DNA of 63,004 bases, filler included, from Basidiobolus ranarum (GCA_040143965.1; 56 parts of 56 records of this genome joined end to end with filler, not necessarily neighbours in it); one strand, 5' to 3'. Positions 11,327-23,378 are shown, counted from the first letter of the whole stretch. Notes: generated by a model from the sequence alone, not told the origin. Program-made: numbers and translations.

Positions 11327-12137
11327 AATTGGATGGGGGACGTACTGGCCAGTTAGCAATGGCAAATAGTAAAAGAAAATTAATTCGCTGTTAGAAATGA
11401 GACTTCGTATAAAAAATATCCCAAAGAATCCTCGGTATATTGTCTAATTCCAGCTCAAAAATGCGCTAAACTGGAACCCAAAAGCCACAAATGTAAATTT
11501 CCAGGTGACTGTAATGGATATAAGGCCAACAGACTGTTTTATGCCAAAAATCCAAAGTTAATTAAGAGCATTGATGTGATTTTTGATAAAAAAGCAAATT
11601 GTTCATCTCAAATCACAATTCTTGATCCAGAAAACAAAATCAGCACTTTTCCAGGAGTGTCTGCCAAATTTCCAGCTGAATCTGAGCATAATTCAACCAA
11701 AATTCCAGCCCCAATCACATCACAGGATGATTCAGGATCCAAAGATCATTGTGAAGGAGAAATGAGCCAGGCAACTGGTGGAACAGTTCCAATGATGATG
11801 TATATGCTTATGCAACATACTATGACAAGCCACAAGCTCTTGTTCAAGCTCTGGAGTGTCCAGAATAAAATTTATGGCACAAAGCAATGTCTGATGATTT
11901 TTCTTTTCTTTAGTAAAATAAAACATGGATTTTAAGTCCTCTACCATCAGGAAGAAAGCCAATAGGTTATAAATTGATATTTAAAGTCCAAAACTCAGCA
12001 GATGGAATCATACAAGGGTACAAACCAAGATTAGTTGGAAAAGATTATTACCAGATTCCAAAAGTTGATTTCAATGAAACTTTTGCTTCAGTAGCTAAGT
12101 TTAGCCCCATTTGATCCATCCTGGCACTCAATAGAAA
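11327..12137 (+). mobile_element. Ty1/copia integrase-RT junction, heavily degenerate
   Basis: KLEPKSHKC..DVIFD and RKKAIGYKLIFK..DGIIQGYKPRLVGK..VDFNETFASVAKFS. Confidence 0.8.
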
Positions 12138-12458
12138 CTTAAATTTTATCATATTGAATATGTGCTATTTGTATTTCATACAAAATATGACTATTGGGTG
12201 TGCTTAGTGCATAACAAACATGCCTGTTAAGTGCGGATGAAAATTTGAGATGATTTGGCAGAGTTTTGGGAAAATAGATATTGTTGATGAAGCGTGACTT
12301 GTTCCATTCTTTGAGCCAGATCAGGCAGCTAAAAAGTGTGCCAGCACAAATTGGCACANNNNNNNNNNNNNNNNNNNNNNNNNNNNNNNNNNNNNNNNNN
12401 NNTTAATTAATTAANNNNNNNNNNNNNNNNNNNNNNNNNNNNNNNNNNNNNNNNNNNN

Positions 12459-12793
12459 ATGACTGCTTGTGAAGCAACAACAGAAGCAATACAGTTAAGA
12501 AAGCTTTTAACAGATTTGCACTGCTCTCAAAATTCAGCAACTATAATATTTCCAGATAATCAAGATTGTATCATTTTGGCTAGAAATTATGCATTTGATA
12601 CTATAAGCATACAGATTAATATTAAAACTATTTTATTAGAAAAAAAAATCAAGAATAAGTTTATTGAATTATCTGATTATTCTACATAAAACATGATTGT
12701 TGATATATCAACCAAACCATTGGCTACTCAACAATTTGAGAAATTTAGACCTTTCTCAGGATTAGCTTATATTCCTATGTAGTTGAGGGAGAG
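12459..12793 (+). mobile_element. Ty1/copia RNase H C-terminus and polypurine tract
   Basis: EAIQLRKLL.DL, IFPDNQ.CI.LA.N, DISTKPL; GTTGAGGGAGAG directly before the LTR. Confidence 0.85.
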
Positions 12794-13490
12794 TATTGAA
12801 ATTAGCATTGCCTAAGCACCTATATGGCCACATATATCTCAGTATTTAGTTATTCTAAATTGAATAAAGAAATTACCCATTATGCTTAATTGGAGTTTAC
12901 TTAGAATATATTGACCAATTAAGAAGTTCTCAGATACACAGATTTTCAAGCTTTTGCTATATGCCCCAAACCTTCCACACAAATTCCTAGGACTTTCTTA
13001 ACACATTATGTATCTTAGTTTGCTTACATCAATAAATGAGAACCTTGAATTTCCAAATAATATGTGATGACTGTTGAAATTAGCATTGCCTAAGCACCTA
13101 TATATTGTCATATATAGCTTAGTACTTGGTTATCACATATTTCACTTAGATACTCTCCATTATTATCATAAGGAATTTCCTTGGAATATTTTTACCAACA
13201 TAGAACTTCTCAGATATATAGATTTTTCAAACCTGTGCTAGAAGCCCCAAACTTTGCACACATGTTTCTGAGGTCTTTGTGAACACATTTTATTTGTTAG
13301 GTTGCTTACATCTTGGTAAAACTATAAATGTCAACTGAATACTCAATAAATCAATAAGCAAAAACCTCCAATTTCTCTAATTTTCTGTTGAAATTAGGAT
13401 TGCCTAAGCACCTATATAGTCATATATAGCTTAGTTCTTAGTTATCTTATAATTCACTAAGATATTATTCATTATTCTCATAAGGAATTT
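12794..13490 (+). repeat. Three same-orientation copia LTR-A copies (starts at 12794, 13072, 13386)
   Basis: Each begins T(G/A)TTGAAATTAG(C/G)ATTGCCTAAGCACCTATAT; the first two are truncated. Confidence 0.9.
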
Positions 13491-13590
13491 NNNNNNNNNN
13501 NNNNNNNNNNNNNNNNNNNNNNNNNNNNNNNNNNTTAATTAATTAANNNNNNNNNNNNNNNNNNNNNNNNNNNNNNNNNNNNNNNNNNNN

Positions 13591-14621
13591 TTACCCTTGG
13601 CTTTTTTCAGTAGACTTTAGCACTTCGTAAACTCTGCGTTAAGTGTTTCCCATACTGCTTGTTTCTTGGCTCATACCCTTTGTCATTTGTTAGTAAGTTT
13701 TCTCATACCCATTGTTTCTCGGCATCATACCCTTCATCATTTGTCATCAATCTCTAACCCTTAGTAGACTCCCCTTGAAGTTCTCCATACCCGTTGTTTC
13801 TTGGCATCATACGCCTTATCATTTTTCAGTAGTCGTTAGCACCTCCAAGACTCTCTTTTAAGTGTTTTCCCATATCCATCGTTTCCTGCCACCATACCCT
13901 TTATCATTTATCAGTAGTCTTTAGCGCTTTGTAGCCTCTGCTTTAAATGTTTTCCATACCCGTCTTTTCACAACACCACGTCATTTGTCATATGTCAGTT
14001 ATCTCTAGCACTTTTTAAACTCAATATTAAGTGTTTTCCATACCCATTGTTTCTAGACTCTGTTTAAAGTATTTCCCATACCCATCGTTTCTTGGCACCG
14101 TACCCTTTGTCTGTTGTCAGTAGTCTTCAGCTCTTTATAGGCTATCCTTTAGGCGTTTTTCAAACCCGTCATTTCTTAGCACCATACCTTTCAGCATTGG
14201 TTAGTAGTGTTACCCACTTCGTATACTTTACTTGAAGTATTTCCCATACCCGCCGTTTCTTCCCACCGTACCCTTTGTTTCTTTTCAGCACTTCATAGGC
14301 TCTCCTTGAAGTGTTTCTTGGTACCATACACTTCGTCATTTTACAATAGTCTTTCACGTTTCGTAAACTCTCTTTTAAGGGTTTTCCATACTGCTCTTTA
14401 TGTTTTCCACTAGCCTCTAGCACTACGTAAACTCTCCTTTAAGTGTTTGCCATACCCGTTATTCCAGCACCTGCACCATACTCTTATCACTTGTGAGTAG
14501 TCTTTTGCATTTCGTGCACTCTCCTTTAAATTTTTACCAAACCCTTCGTTGGTCATCACCGTACCTTTTGTCGTTTCTCAGTAGTCTTTAGCAATTCTTT
14601 ACCACTTCGTAGACTCATTCT
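13591..14621. repeat. Diverged tandem satellite, unit about 84 bp, roughly 12 copies
   Basis: Approximate unit CCATACCCGTCGTTTCTTGGCACCATACCCTTCGTCATTTGTCAGTAGTCTTTAGCACTTCGTAAACTCTCCTTTAAGTGTTTT recurring near 13785, 13869, 13954, 14038 and 14076, 14160, 14244. Confidence 0.9.
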
Positions 14622-15002
14622 NNNNNNNNNNNNNNNNNNNNNNNNNNNNNNNNNNNNNNNNNNNNTTAATTAATTAANNNNNNNNNNNNNNNNNNNNNNN
14701 NNNNNNNNNNNNNNNNNNNNNTTTAGTGTTCATCTGATTTTTAGACATCACCTTAACCAATCTATATATATGTCGAGTTTATGCAAGAAAAATTTTGAAT
14801 TTCTATGCTCGAGCTACTATAAGATTGCCCCCAATACCGCATGACTGTCAAACTTATTTCCCAGAAAATGTGCTTTAATTAGTGATGTACGAAAAGTATA
14901 AAAGAACAGGTAAAATTGGGAAAGTGACAAAAGGAACTATTGGGGCAGAATGAAGAATGAGGTATGAAATTGGAAGAAGTAGAATAAAAAAAAGTATTCT
15001 AT

Positions 15003-15527
15003 TTATTCGCTTTTGATTTTATCAGCAATTTGTTGGAACATTCGTAAAATAAAATAGAACAGAACGAGGACGATATTCGTGGCGAATCCTATCCATTTTG
15101 CTGAAGTCAAATAAGGTAGCAGGAATTCAGCAGAGTGCGTATATGGCATCACAGTATCAAAATGGAGAATCAAGTAAACAACGCATGAGTTTTCCAGCAT
15201 ATCCATGACAGATGCAAAAAGTGTTAGCCATCTGATCTTTCGTGCTTGTAAATAATCCAAACTGAGAAACATTATAGCTCCATAGAAGAAGGGAAACAGG
15301 GCAAAGTCTAAATAATATACTTTGAGATACAAACTTCTTCCTTGCTCGCCAAGAGCTTTGAGGAGTGGTTGGATGTCATGGGAAGAATAAGAGAGTTGAG
15401 GATCGAACATGACAGGCCTATGGGGAGTGAGTTCTTCCATGAGCTTACATAGAACATCGAAGTAAGTCATGGAAACAAAGGCGGCTGACAAACATGCAAA
15501 AAACAAATTGCTTTTCCACTGAACCAT
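15003..15527 (-). CDS. Intronless 174-aa multi-pass membrane protein of unknown function
   Basis: Complete ORF with about 4 hydrophobic helices; pattern D..LSY...L.ALGEQGRSLY....LD..FP..Y / DMLEN / TSAKW. Confidence 0.8.
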   Translation of the reverse strand: MVQWKSNLFFACLSAAFVSMTYFDVLCKLMEELTPHRPVMFDPQLSYSSHDIQPLLKALGEQGRSLYLKVYYLDFALFPFFYGAIMFLSLDYLQARKIRWLTLFASVMDMLENSCVVYLILHFDTVMPYTHSAEFLLPYLTSAKWIGFATNIVLVLFYFILRMFQQIADKIKSE

Positions 15528-15851
15528 GATGGAGAAAGATAGAGAAGTAGAGTGCTACTGAACCATGACAGAGATATAGAATATCGCTGAACCGCATAAG
15601 CAGAAAACCCCGGCGTGAAATTGCGGATATCTACCTTCATGCTTTCAACAAGATTATATCCTGTATTGAATTTACTAAGAACATGCTCGCATGGTAGAAG
15701 CAAGTAAAAGTTGTCACTAGTAGGTGATTTAAAATCTAATTCAGCCTACTANNNNNNNNNNNNNNNNNNNNNNNNNNNNNNNNNNNNNNNNNNNNTTAAT
15801 TAATTAANNNNNNNNNNNNNNNNNNNNNNNNNNNNNNNNNNNNNNNNNNNN

Positions 15852-16881
15852 CCAGCTATCTGGCAGATACCCTGCAAAATTGTGCCACTCTGTATTAAGT
15901 TCTTGCCAGATAGCTGCATAGTCAACACCAGACTAAGTGGCAAGTTGAATGTTTGTCTTCTGAAGCCACTTTCTGCATACCTGCACTGCATTTTTCCCTT
16001 CATACTTTTGAAAACTCTCCTCAAGCACTTTGACTATTTTGGTACATCCTTGTAGTGTGACACTACTGAGGGTGCTTTGTGGTGTTTGTGTGCTTTTTGC
16101 TTGCCTTTGACTTGGGGGCAAATTTCAACACTTTGAAAAGCACCAGTTGAGGTTGGAGAGCTGGGACTTTTATTTGCTGGTGTTTTAGCTTGTTGAAAGG
16201 TGCCAGTTGTTGGGTAAACTTCAAATTTGGCACTCTTCCAACTGGTGTACCCAGTTCCATGCTAAAACTAAGCTTTTTTGCCAGTATATCTGACTCTGGA
16301 ATTGCAGATCTTTGTGATGCTGGGTAGAATTTGGTAAGGGGACAATAGAGCCTAAACTCACTGGCTTCTTTGCTTTTCCCTTGGGTTTATTAACTTCCTG
16401 CTCCTTCAGTACTTCTTTAGCTGCTTTTCTTTCTTTTCCTAATCAATAATTGAATACATTCTTGAGATGTTCCATGAATAGGCCTATACTAGCCCAGTTG
16501 CCATTTGCTAGCAAAAGCCCAGGATAAGCCACATGAAATCAGTCAAGAATCTTCAGAGTAATGTCTGGTTTTTGGTTTTTCCACAATTGGCTCAAATCAA
16601 GGGGATTTTGGGCAAGATTCTGCACAGTTTCCAAAATGTTAAACCACTCATCATCAGAACAAGTGATGGCAGCTCTGACATTCAGAGTCTTTAAGCTTAC
16701 CAGTTTTCCTATGAGATTACAACTTTCATGTGCCCAAACAATCTTGGGTCCTTGGGTAGGCTTAATGGTCCAACATATATTCTGCTCTGCTTGATAGTGA
16801 CAGTGACATTCATATGTATGGTGTGGGATTGATTGAAATCCTGTATGAGAATGGACGGAGGGAGCAGCATTTTGCTGTAGC
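15852..16881 (-). mobile_element. Second ORF (ORF2) of the CACTA-like element, central part, degenerate
   Basis: Overlaps 29399-30425, 40656-41679, 51892-52486 and 61448-61884. Confidence 0.75.
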
Positions 16882-16981
16882 NNNNNNNNNNNNNNNNNNN
16901 NNNNNNNNNNNNNNNNNNNNNNNNNTTAATTAATTAANNNNNNNNNNNNNNNNNNNNNNNNNNNNNNNNNNNNNNNNNNNN

Positions 16982-17611
16982 ACAGCAACAAAGCCCAATC
17001 CATGGACATAGAGTAAGTACCTCTATAATTGGACTAATTTGCTTGTGTGATATTCTGATGGTATTTTTAGGAAAGCTGCAAGACAGACTTCTTGGTGAGA
17101 TAGATCAAGATACTCAGTAATATTGTTTTAGCCATGGGGTAATCTATTCAAGCAATGGCACATCTACTAGTGGTAGGATATTTGTTGACTGCAAGTTGGG
17201 GATATATTGGCTGAATTCTTTATGGAAATTTGCCAAAATCCAAGAGCTCATTCTCACTGTGAATGGTAACAAGAGTCAGCTATTTGCCATGTGTCAGTGC
17301 TATTCAAAATTTCAGATGTTTAGCAATTTTTCCACCATTAATTTGCTGGTAAAGCATATTGATGTTGTTGAGTTATGTCTAATCAGTCAAATATATGCAT
17401 ATGTAGAGACTAAACACAACAAGATTCTTGTATTTTTTGATTCTCATTATTGCTGGAATACAAAGCCCAAAACACCATCAAGAAACCGCCATCAAACTAT
17501 CAAAATCCCTGGCAGAATGTAAGCTACCAATATTGTGATGGTTCTCTGATGGTTTTGCTCTTTTGGAGGGTGGATCCAATACGGATCCAATCAAATTTAT
17601 CTTTGTTAGGG
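16982..17611 (+). mobile_element. CACTA-like transposase intron, last exon and right end (..TGTTAGGG)
   Basis: KLQDRLLGEID..ETKHNKILVFFDSHY; terminus at 17611; subterminal deletion. Confidence 0.85.
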
Positions 17612-18011
17612 TATAGTGAAGTAGCCATATCTTAGAATAGCAATAAGCAACCCACCATAGCACTTTCAACAACTGAAGCAGAGTACATGGCAGCATCACA
17701 TACAACAAAGGAGGCTATGTGATTAAGGAAACTGTTCAAAGACTTGGGCATTTTTCAAAATTCACCCACCATAATTTTCAAGCAAAATCAAAGTTGTATA
17801 TCTTTAGCTAAAAATCCCAAATTTCATGCTAGAAATAAGCACATTGATATTCAACATCACTTTGTCAGGGAAGCTATTGAGAATAAGCATGACCAACTGG
17901 AGTACTATCCCACTGAGGACATGATTGCTGACATTCTTACCAAACCATTACCTAAGCCAAAATTTGAGGAATTAAAAATTAAGTTAGGATTAAGATATAT
18001 GAACATTTAGT
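17612..18011 (+). mobile_element. Ty1/copia RNase H
   Basis: ALSTTEAEYMA, KNPKFHARNKHIDIQHHFVRE, MIADILTKPL. Confidence 0.92.
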
Positions 18012-18111
18012 NNNNNNNNNNNNNNNNNNNNNNNNNNNNNNNNNNNNNNNNNNNNTTAATTAATTAANNNNNNNNNNNNNNNNNNNNNNNNNNNNNNNNN
18101 NNNNNNNNNNN

Positions 18112-18302
18112 TTCCTCTGGGCTTCACCTCACCTCACTTGAGTGATAACACAGAGGTAGTTGGCGGAAGCGCTTATGGTGCTGGTACCATTACTAACGGA
18201 GATGGATCAAGAATGCCATCGGCGAAGGAATTGGAAGTTGCCACTCACCAGGGAGAATATTTCACCAATATTGTTACACAATATGTTCGCGGTAGAGATT
18301 GA
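18112..18302 (+). CDS. WrbA/Pst2-family flavodoxin-like NAD(P)H:quinone oxidoreductase, C-terminus
   Basis: PLGFTSPHLSDNTEVVGGSAYGAGTITNGDGSRMPSAKELEVATHQG..RGRD*; not in the ORF track. Confidence 0.92.
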
Positions 18303-19025
18303 AGCTGAAACTGGACCTGGTATGATATAAATTCCTAGACCCATGGCATTTCCTTCACGCTTTGTAATAGTTTTGTGTGAATTGATAATAGTGTGAATGT
18401 TATTATTGTAAGAATAAATGAATTATATCCACAAGTTCCTGATATCTACATTATTACGGTGCTTTCGATGAACATGAATTTGCCTGTTATACCACCTAAG
18501 CAAATTAAAAATCTCAGCAAATAGATAAGTCATAACGTTAGAATCTCTGAATAAATACATCTATCTTTATATTCGAATAATCTCGGTTTCTGGGTTCGTT
18601 AAACGCGTAAACGATTTTTCTTGAGATGGCAAAGTATTCTCGCGATTTAAAATGAGATACTTTAATCGAATATTTCAAATAAAGAAAGGCGTTGATGATA
18701 TAGAATAGCTGTGCGAATAGACATTTGAACCTACATCAAATGAGTATCTATCTGTATGTGGATAATATAGTCATCATAAAATCCAGTTATTTTTGAGATC
18801 AGTAGCTGCAAATTTTCATGAATTCAAACCAATGATCGGATATGCATACTTGATTTGTAAAGCTTATCCGATATTCCTGTTTGTTTAATCCGGAAAAATC
18901 AATGAGTGCATTAGTCAATTATCCTGAGCGTCACACATCCGATTCCAATATATAACCAAGATGCTTCACAGATATCAAACATATCCTCAGTATTTCTGAC
19001 TACCTTCCCTACCTATCTTCTCAAA

Positions 19026-19141
19026 ATGGCTGCACAAAAGACCAAGATCTTCATCATCATCTACTCCGTCTACCAACACATCTACAAGATGGCCCTTGCT
19101 GTCAAGGAAGGAGTTGAGAAAGTAGCCGATGTTGAAGTCTC
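19026..19141 (+). CDS. Second WrbA/Pst2-family gene, N-terminus
   Basis: MAAQKTKIFIIIYSVYQHIYKMALAVKEGV matches the WrbA N-terminal motif; TATATAA near 18949; AAAATG start context. Confidence 0.85.
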
Positions 19142-20371
19142 NNNNNNNNNNNNNNNNNNNNNNNNNNNNNNNNNNNNNNNNNNNNTTAATTAATTAANNN
19201 NNNNNNNNNNNNNNNNNNNNNNNNNNNNNNNNNNNNNNNNNCTATCCTCATGAGTCTTATTGTATATTTTCTTGCAGACTTCTGAAGGCATGAAGATATA
19301 ATATTCTCTCTAAAGCAGAGTCAAAAGTTGTTTCCACTTTTGTCTAATGCCCTCTGCCCCAGCTTCTGTCAAGCTTATCAATAACTCCCATAAATCCAAG
19401 CAAGAGTTCATAGTGCATACCTGGGCTTCTGTAAAGTCATTAGGCATGTGCTGCTTTGCACCACCCACACCTTCATTTGACTGCACACACAAAATTTGGG
19501 AAGTGGCAGATTGCTGCACCAAAGTCAGTTATGAATCAAGAAGAATCTGTTTTGACATGATATGTCATTACCATATATCTGTGATGTTAGACTTTATTGG
19601 CTTCAATCAGATTTAGGGATCTTTTTATATTACTGGTTGAAATGTCAACGTTAATTTCCTATAGTGTGATCAGCATAATACATTCCGCTTTGAGCCATTT
19701 CAACATGTACACTTAATATATTGATTTAGACTGGACTATGATTAACTTTGCTGATGAAGTTTATTCTATAATTTCCATGCAATCACATAAAATTGAAACA
19801 ATTAGAACAATAAATGCAAATAGAAATTTTATTGTACACAATGTAGGTAATTTTATCATGATAAATAAAATTCTTAAATAAATAACTTATGTGTGCCAGA
19901 TAAAATCAGTATCATGCCAGCTTAGGACAAGATTAATATCATGCTCTTTATCTACTCTAAATGGCCATTTCTCATTAATCCCAAAGCATCTACTGGCTCT
20001 CTTATCAGCACCTTAGATGCTATATCTGAGAAATACTGTGGCTCACATACTCCAATACCTACCAGAAAGCAGCTAGTAAATTTGTTTTGTTACAACAAAA
20101 ACTATTGTTCAATCAGATTTCAGTGCACTTTTAATGGTGGCAAAAGTGGGAGAAGCTTGTATACAAGGCTCCAAGTAAGTGAGAATTATCTAGCTTCAGT
20201 GATGCATGATGTTGAAGATGCCTGGGACAAAAGATTTAGAGACTCTAATTTCCTTTGGTTTCCTGGAGTATNNNNNNNNNNNNNNNNNNNNNNNNNNNNN
20301 NNNNNNNNNNNNNNNTTAATTAATTAANNNNNNNNNNNNNNNNNNNNNNNNNNNNNNNNNNNNNNNNNNNN

Positions 20372-21050
20372 CACTTCATCCGGCATAAGCTGATGATGCG
20401 CACGAGGTGCAGCAATTGCTTTATTGACACTTCCAGCCAAATCGTATATATTGAAAATGGCTTGGATGGTTGCCGTTGCTATGTAACTACCACCACTAGC
20501 ACCCACTGCTAAAGATGGATACCCGTCGGTCTCTACTACGGTTGGTGACATGGATGAGAGTGTACGTTTACCGGGTTGGATAAAATTGTCTGGCGATGGA
20601 AGGAACCCAAATGCATTCACCAATCTAGGTGAAGAGGAATCATCCATGTCATTATTGAAAACAATACCAGTTTCATGATCCATAACTTTAGATTCAAATT
20701 CAAGATTGATAGTGGTTGTCAAAGCCACTGCTCCACCTGCTTTATCCATGGTTGATAAATGTGTGGTACCTGGGGTAGTAACTTGGTTGGTAATATTCAA
20801 CTGGAAAAGTTCTTGTGTCTGAAATGTTATGCCGTCTTAGAGCTCCTTGATCCTTCAATAACATATTGAAACCATTACGAGATAGTCGAATCACAATGCA
20901 GTAGCTATAGCAGCATCAATGGCATTCCCATTACTCTTCAAAATTTGCACACCAGCCTCAGAACATATGTGCGAGTCAGCAGCAACGGCACCATTCTTCC
21001 CAGTAGCCAAAGTAACTTTCCCGACAGAAGAACTTTCATTGACTGAGTGA
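20372..21050 (-). pseudogene. Gamma-glutamyltranspeptidase pseudogene with a large internal deletion
   Basis: GKNGAVAADSHICSEAGVQILKSNGNAIDAAIATAL* lies only about 120 nt from the small subunit GTTHLS..TTTIN..NNDMDD..LSSMSP..GASGG..PRAHHQL. Confidence 0.88.
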
Positions 21051-21500
21051 CAAAGAGTGTTAGTTGGATTCGTAATAATATATGTAGCACAACGTATTTA
21101 CTTGGAGCACTGCCGACCCTGCCAGCGGAGGTGCAACAAATTCCTGCAAGAGGCTTGGCGTCACAATATCCAATCAAGTAGGTGGCATAATATCCAATAA
21201 GCGAGGTCAACCTTTCAATCTATGATATACAATCTATAATGTAATTGGTTTGAATTAGTATCGAAGAAGAAGTAGGTGGTGGAAAGAAGTAGGTGGTGGA
21301 AAGAAGCACTGTAATCAGAAATATTGCGAGAAAAGTAAGCAAAGTAGGTACCTTCAAAGTAGTCTATTAAGAATGTACCTTCTATCTTGCGATTTATAGG
21401 NNNNNNNNNNNNNNNNNNNNNNNNNNNNNNNNNNNNNNNNNNNNTTAATTAATTAANNNNNNNNNNNNNNNNNNNNNNNNNNNNNNNNNNNNNNNNNNNN

Positions 21501-21938
21501 ATTACTAATGAGAATTTCCGGAAAGTTCCAAAGAATTCTATTGGTGGGGATCTGGGGTTATGATATCATCATACATCATGAGATTGGTAATCCATGGAAT
21601 GTTCTGGAAGGTTGTAGAATAATTCAGAAAGTCATGGAATGTTCCGGCAAAATCAAGTTTTGTTTGGTCCAAACTCAATCAATCATCAAATATTCCAAGA
21701 ATCTTGTGGAATGTTCCGGAAGATTGTAAAATTTTCCAGAAAATAATAGGGCTAATGTGGGGTAATACTGATAAATCTGAAGTAATGGGGGATAATACTA
21801 AAAGTGTGATATGATTGGCTAGAAAATATGGGTAAGTCAGATAAGGATAATAAAATAGAAATTGTGTAATAGTGTAGATATGAGCTTGGAGTGGAAATAA
21901 GTCAACCTGCCAATGGGTAGCAATGCTACCCCACTACA
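21501..21938 (-). repeat. Probable LTR type D, 5' part, inserted in CACTA transposase
   Basis: Begins TGTAGTGGGGTAGCATTGCTACCC on the minus strand exactly where transposase homology stops; internal GGAATGTTCCGG-like repeats; overlaps the contig at 7931. Confidence 0.6.
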
Positions 21939-22529
21939 GCACTCAATGGGAACTCCCAGAATGTATAGCAAGGGCCTATAATCTCTAAGCATTGTGAAAG
22001 ATGCAGCAGGGAATGTATTGAATACCAACATAGATTCAGTCCATCTTCTTTAAACCTGTAATAAAGTTTTTCATATCCAATTACAAAATCTTTGCACAGT
22101 TGCTGTATCTGCCTGAGATCTGCCAATGTGAATTGATCCCATAAGAATATATTAACAATATCAACAAACAACTCCCAATGTTGCTACTACTTATCAGGCA
22201 GAAATCTTTTCAAAATTCCACTTGAATATATACAAATCCAATACTTACAGTCTTTGTATTTGAATAAATGCCTAGATGAGTGGATATTGATGGGAGTCCT
22301 GGTAAAATATGAAGGTATCTTGACATTTTCAAGCATTATTCCCAATCAATTCAAACTTTGATCCTATCTTGAATGGCTCATCCAAATTGAATTTTCCACT
22401 ATATGGCTGAGTAAGTGGTATTGGAATGTTGTAGAATAGTAAGTGCATGTTGCCTAATGGGAAGCTCTGGCTCCAGCTGGTCCCCTTTAGCAATATAATC
22501 TTATGCTTAAGGCTAATACCAAGTTTGAT
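21939..22529 (-). mobile_element. CACTA-like transposase fragment
   Basis: DFVIGYEKLYYRFKED..HSLLHL..FWEFP. Confidence 0.88.
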
Positions 22530-22629
22530 NNNNNNNNNNNNNNNNNNNNNNNNNNNNNNNNNNNNNNNNNNNNTTAATTAATTAANNNNNNNNNNNNNNN
22601 NNNNNNNNNNNNNNNNNNNNNNNNNNNNN

Positions 22630-23378
22630 GGCAAGAATCTTTATTGATAACTGGCATTGATCAGATTGAGGTCTGATCAAGGAGTACATGGGCCTTACAT
22701 AGAGACTGCAGAGTGATACATAATATACTGAATAGGGAATATACTGTGGCAAGTTCAAGTGTTAGGGTGTTAGAGACTACAAGGACCAATACAAAGAGGG
22801 ATGATGTAAGGATGATGTAAGGATTATCAGATGACCTTCCATGGAAGGTCTTGGCAGAAATACACTATGTGTGGGATGACATGATTGGTTAGGTTTCATG
22901 GAATGTTCCATAGAACATGACTTCCATATAAGGTAACCTGGATGAACTAACACAAGATTGCCAACAAGGGATGGCATATCAGATATGTTGCAGGATCTCG
23001 ACATAATGGGGGTAGACTTTGAGTATTAGAAGCACCTTATGATAGTGTGTTTTGGTTAGTTTATTCTTAAGAGTATATGGTGACTTATATAGTAGAAAAG
23101 CGAATCAATTGTTTGAGATATTCAGGAGTTTGTGTAATAAGATATAATAGATAAGTGGGGGTAATAAGACATACTTGTTATATAGATATGGAGATATTCC
23201 TATTTAGATTATAGGGGCTATAGATACGTTGCTTTCTGTTTCTGATATATGTATCATAACTAAAGTTGACTATGATGTTGAATAAAGATTAATTATCCAA
23301 CAAGATATGATGTCATAATCTAATAATAGAAGAGTTCTATTTGCAGTGGATCAGTATGCCAAGATCAGAATCATGACA
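22630..23378 (-). repeat. Gypsy LTR type C interrupted by a solo copia LTR-B
   Basis: Matches 53170-53600 in reverse; terminus ..TCATGACA at 23378. Confidence 0.85.
22986..23302 (-). repeat. Solo copia LTR-B (317 bp) with 5-bp target site duplication AGATA
   Basis: TGTTG..CAACA termini; AGATA at 22981-22985 and 23303-23307. Confidence 0.93.

Noticed and set aside
14169..14423. ORFs of 84 and 68 aa inside the satellite
   Set aside because: Chance open frames in a diverged repeat whose indels break frame
21266..21306. Duplicated AAGAAGTAGGTGGTGGA
   Set aside because: Simple two-copy slippage duplication with no further structure
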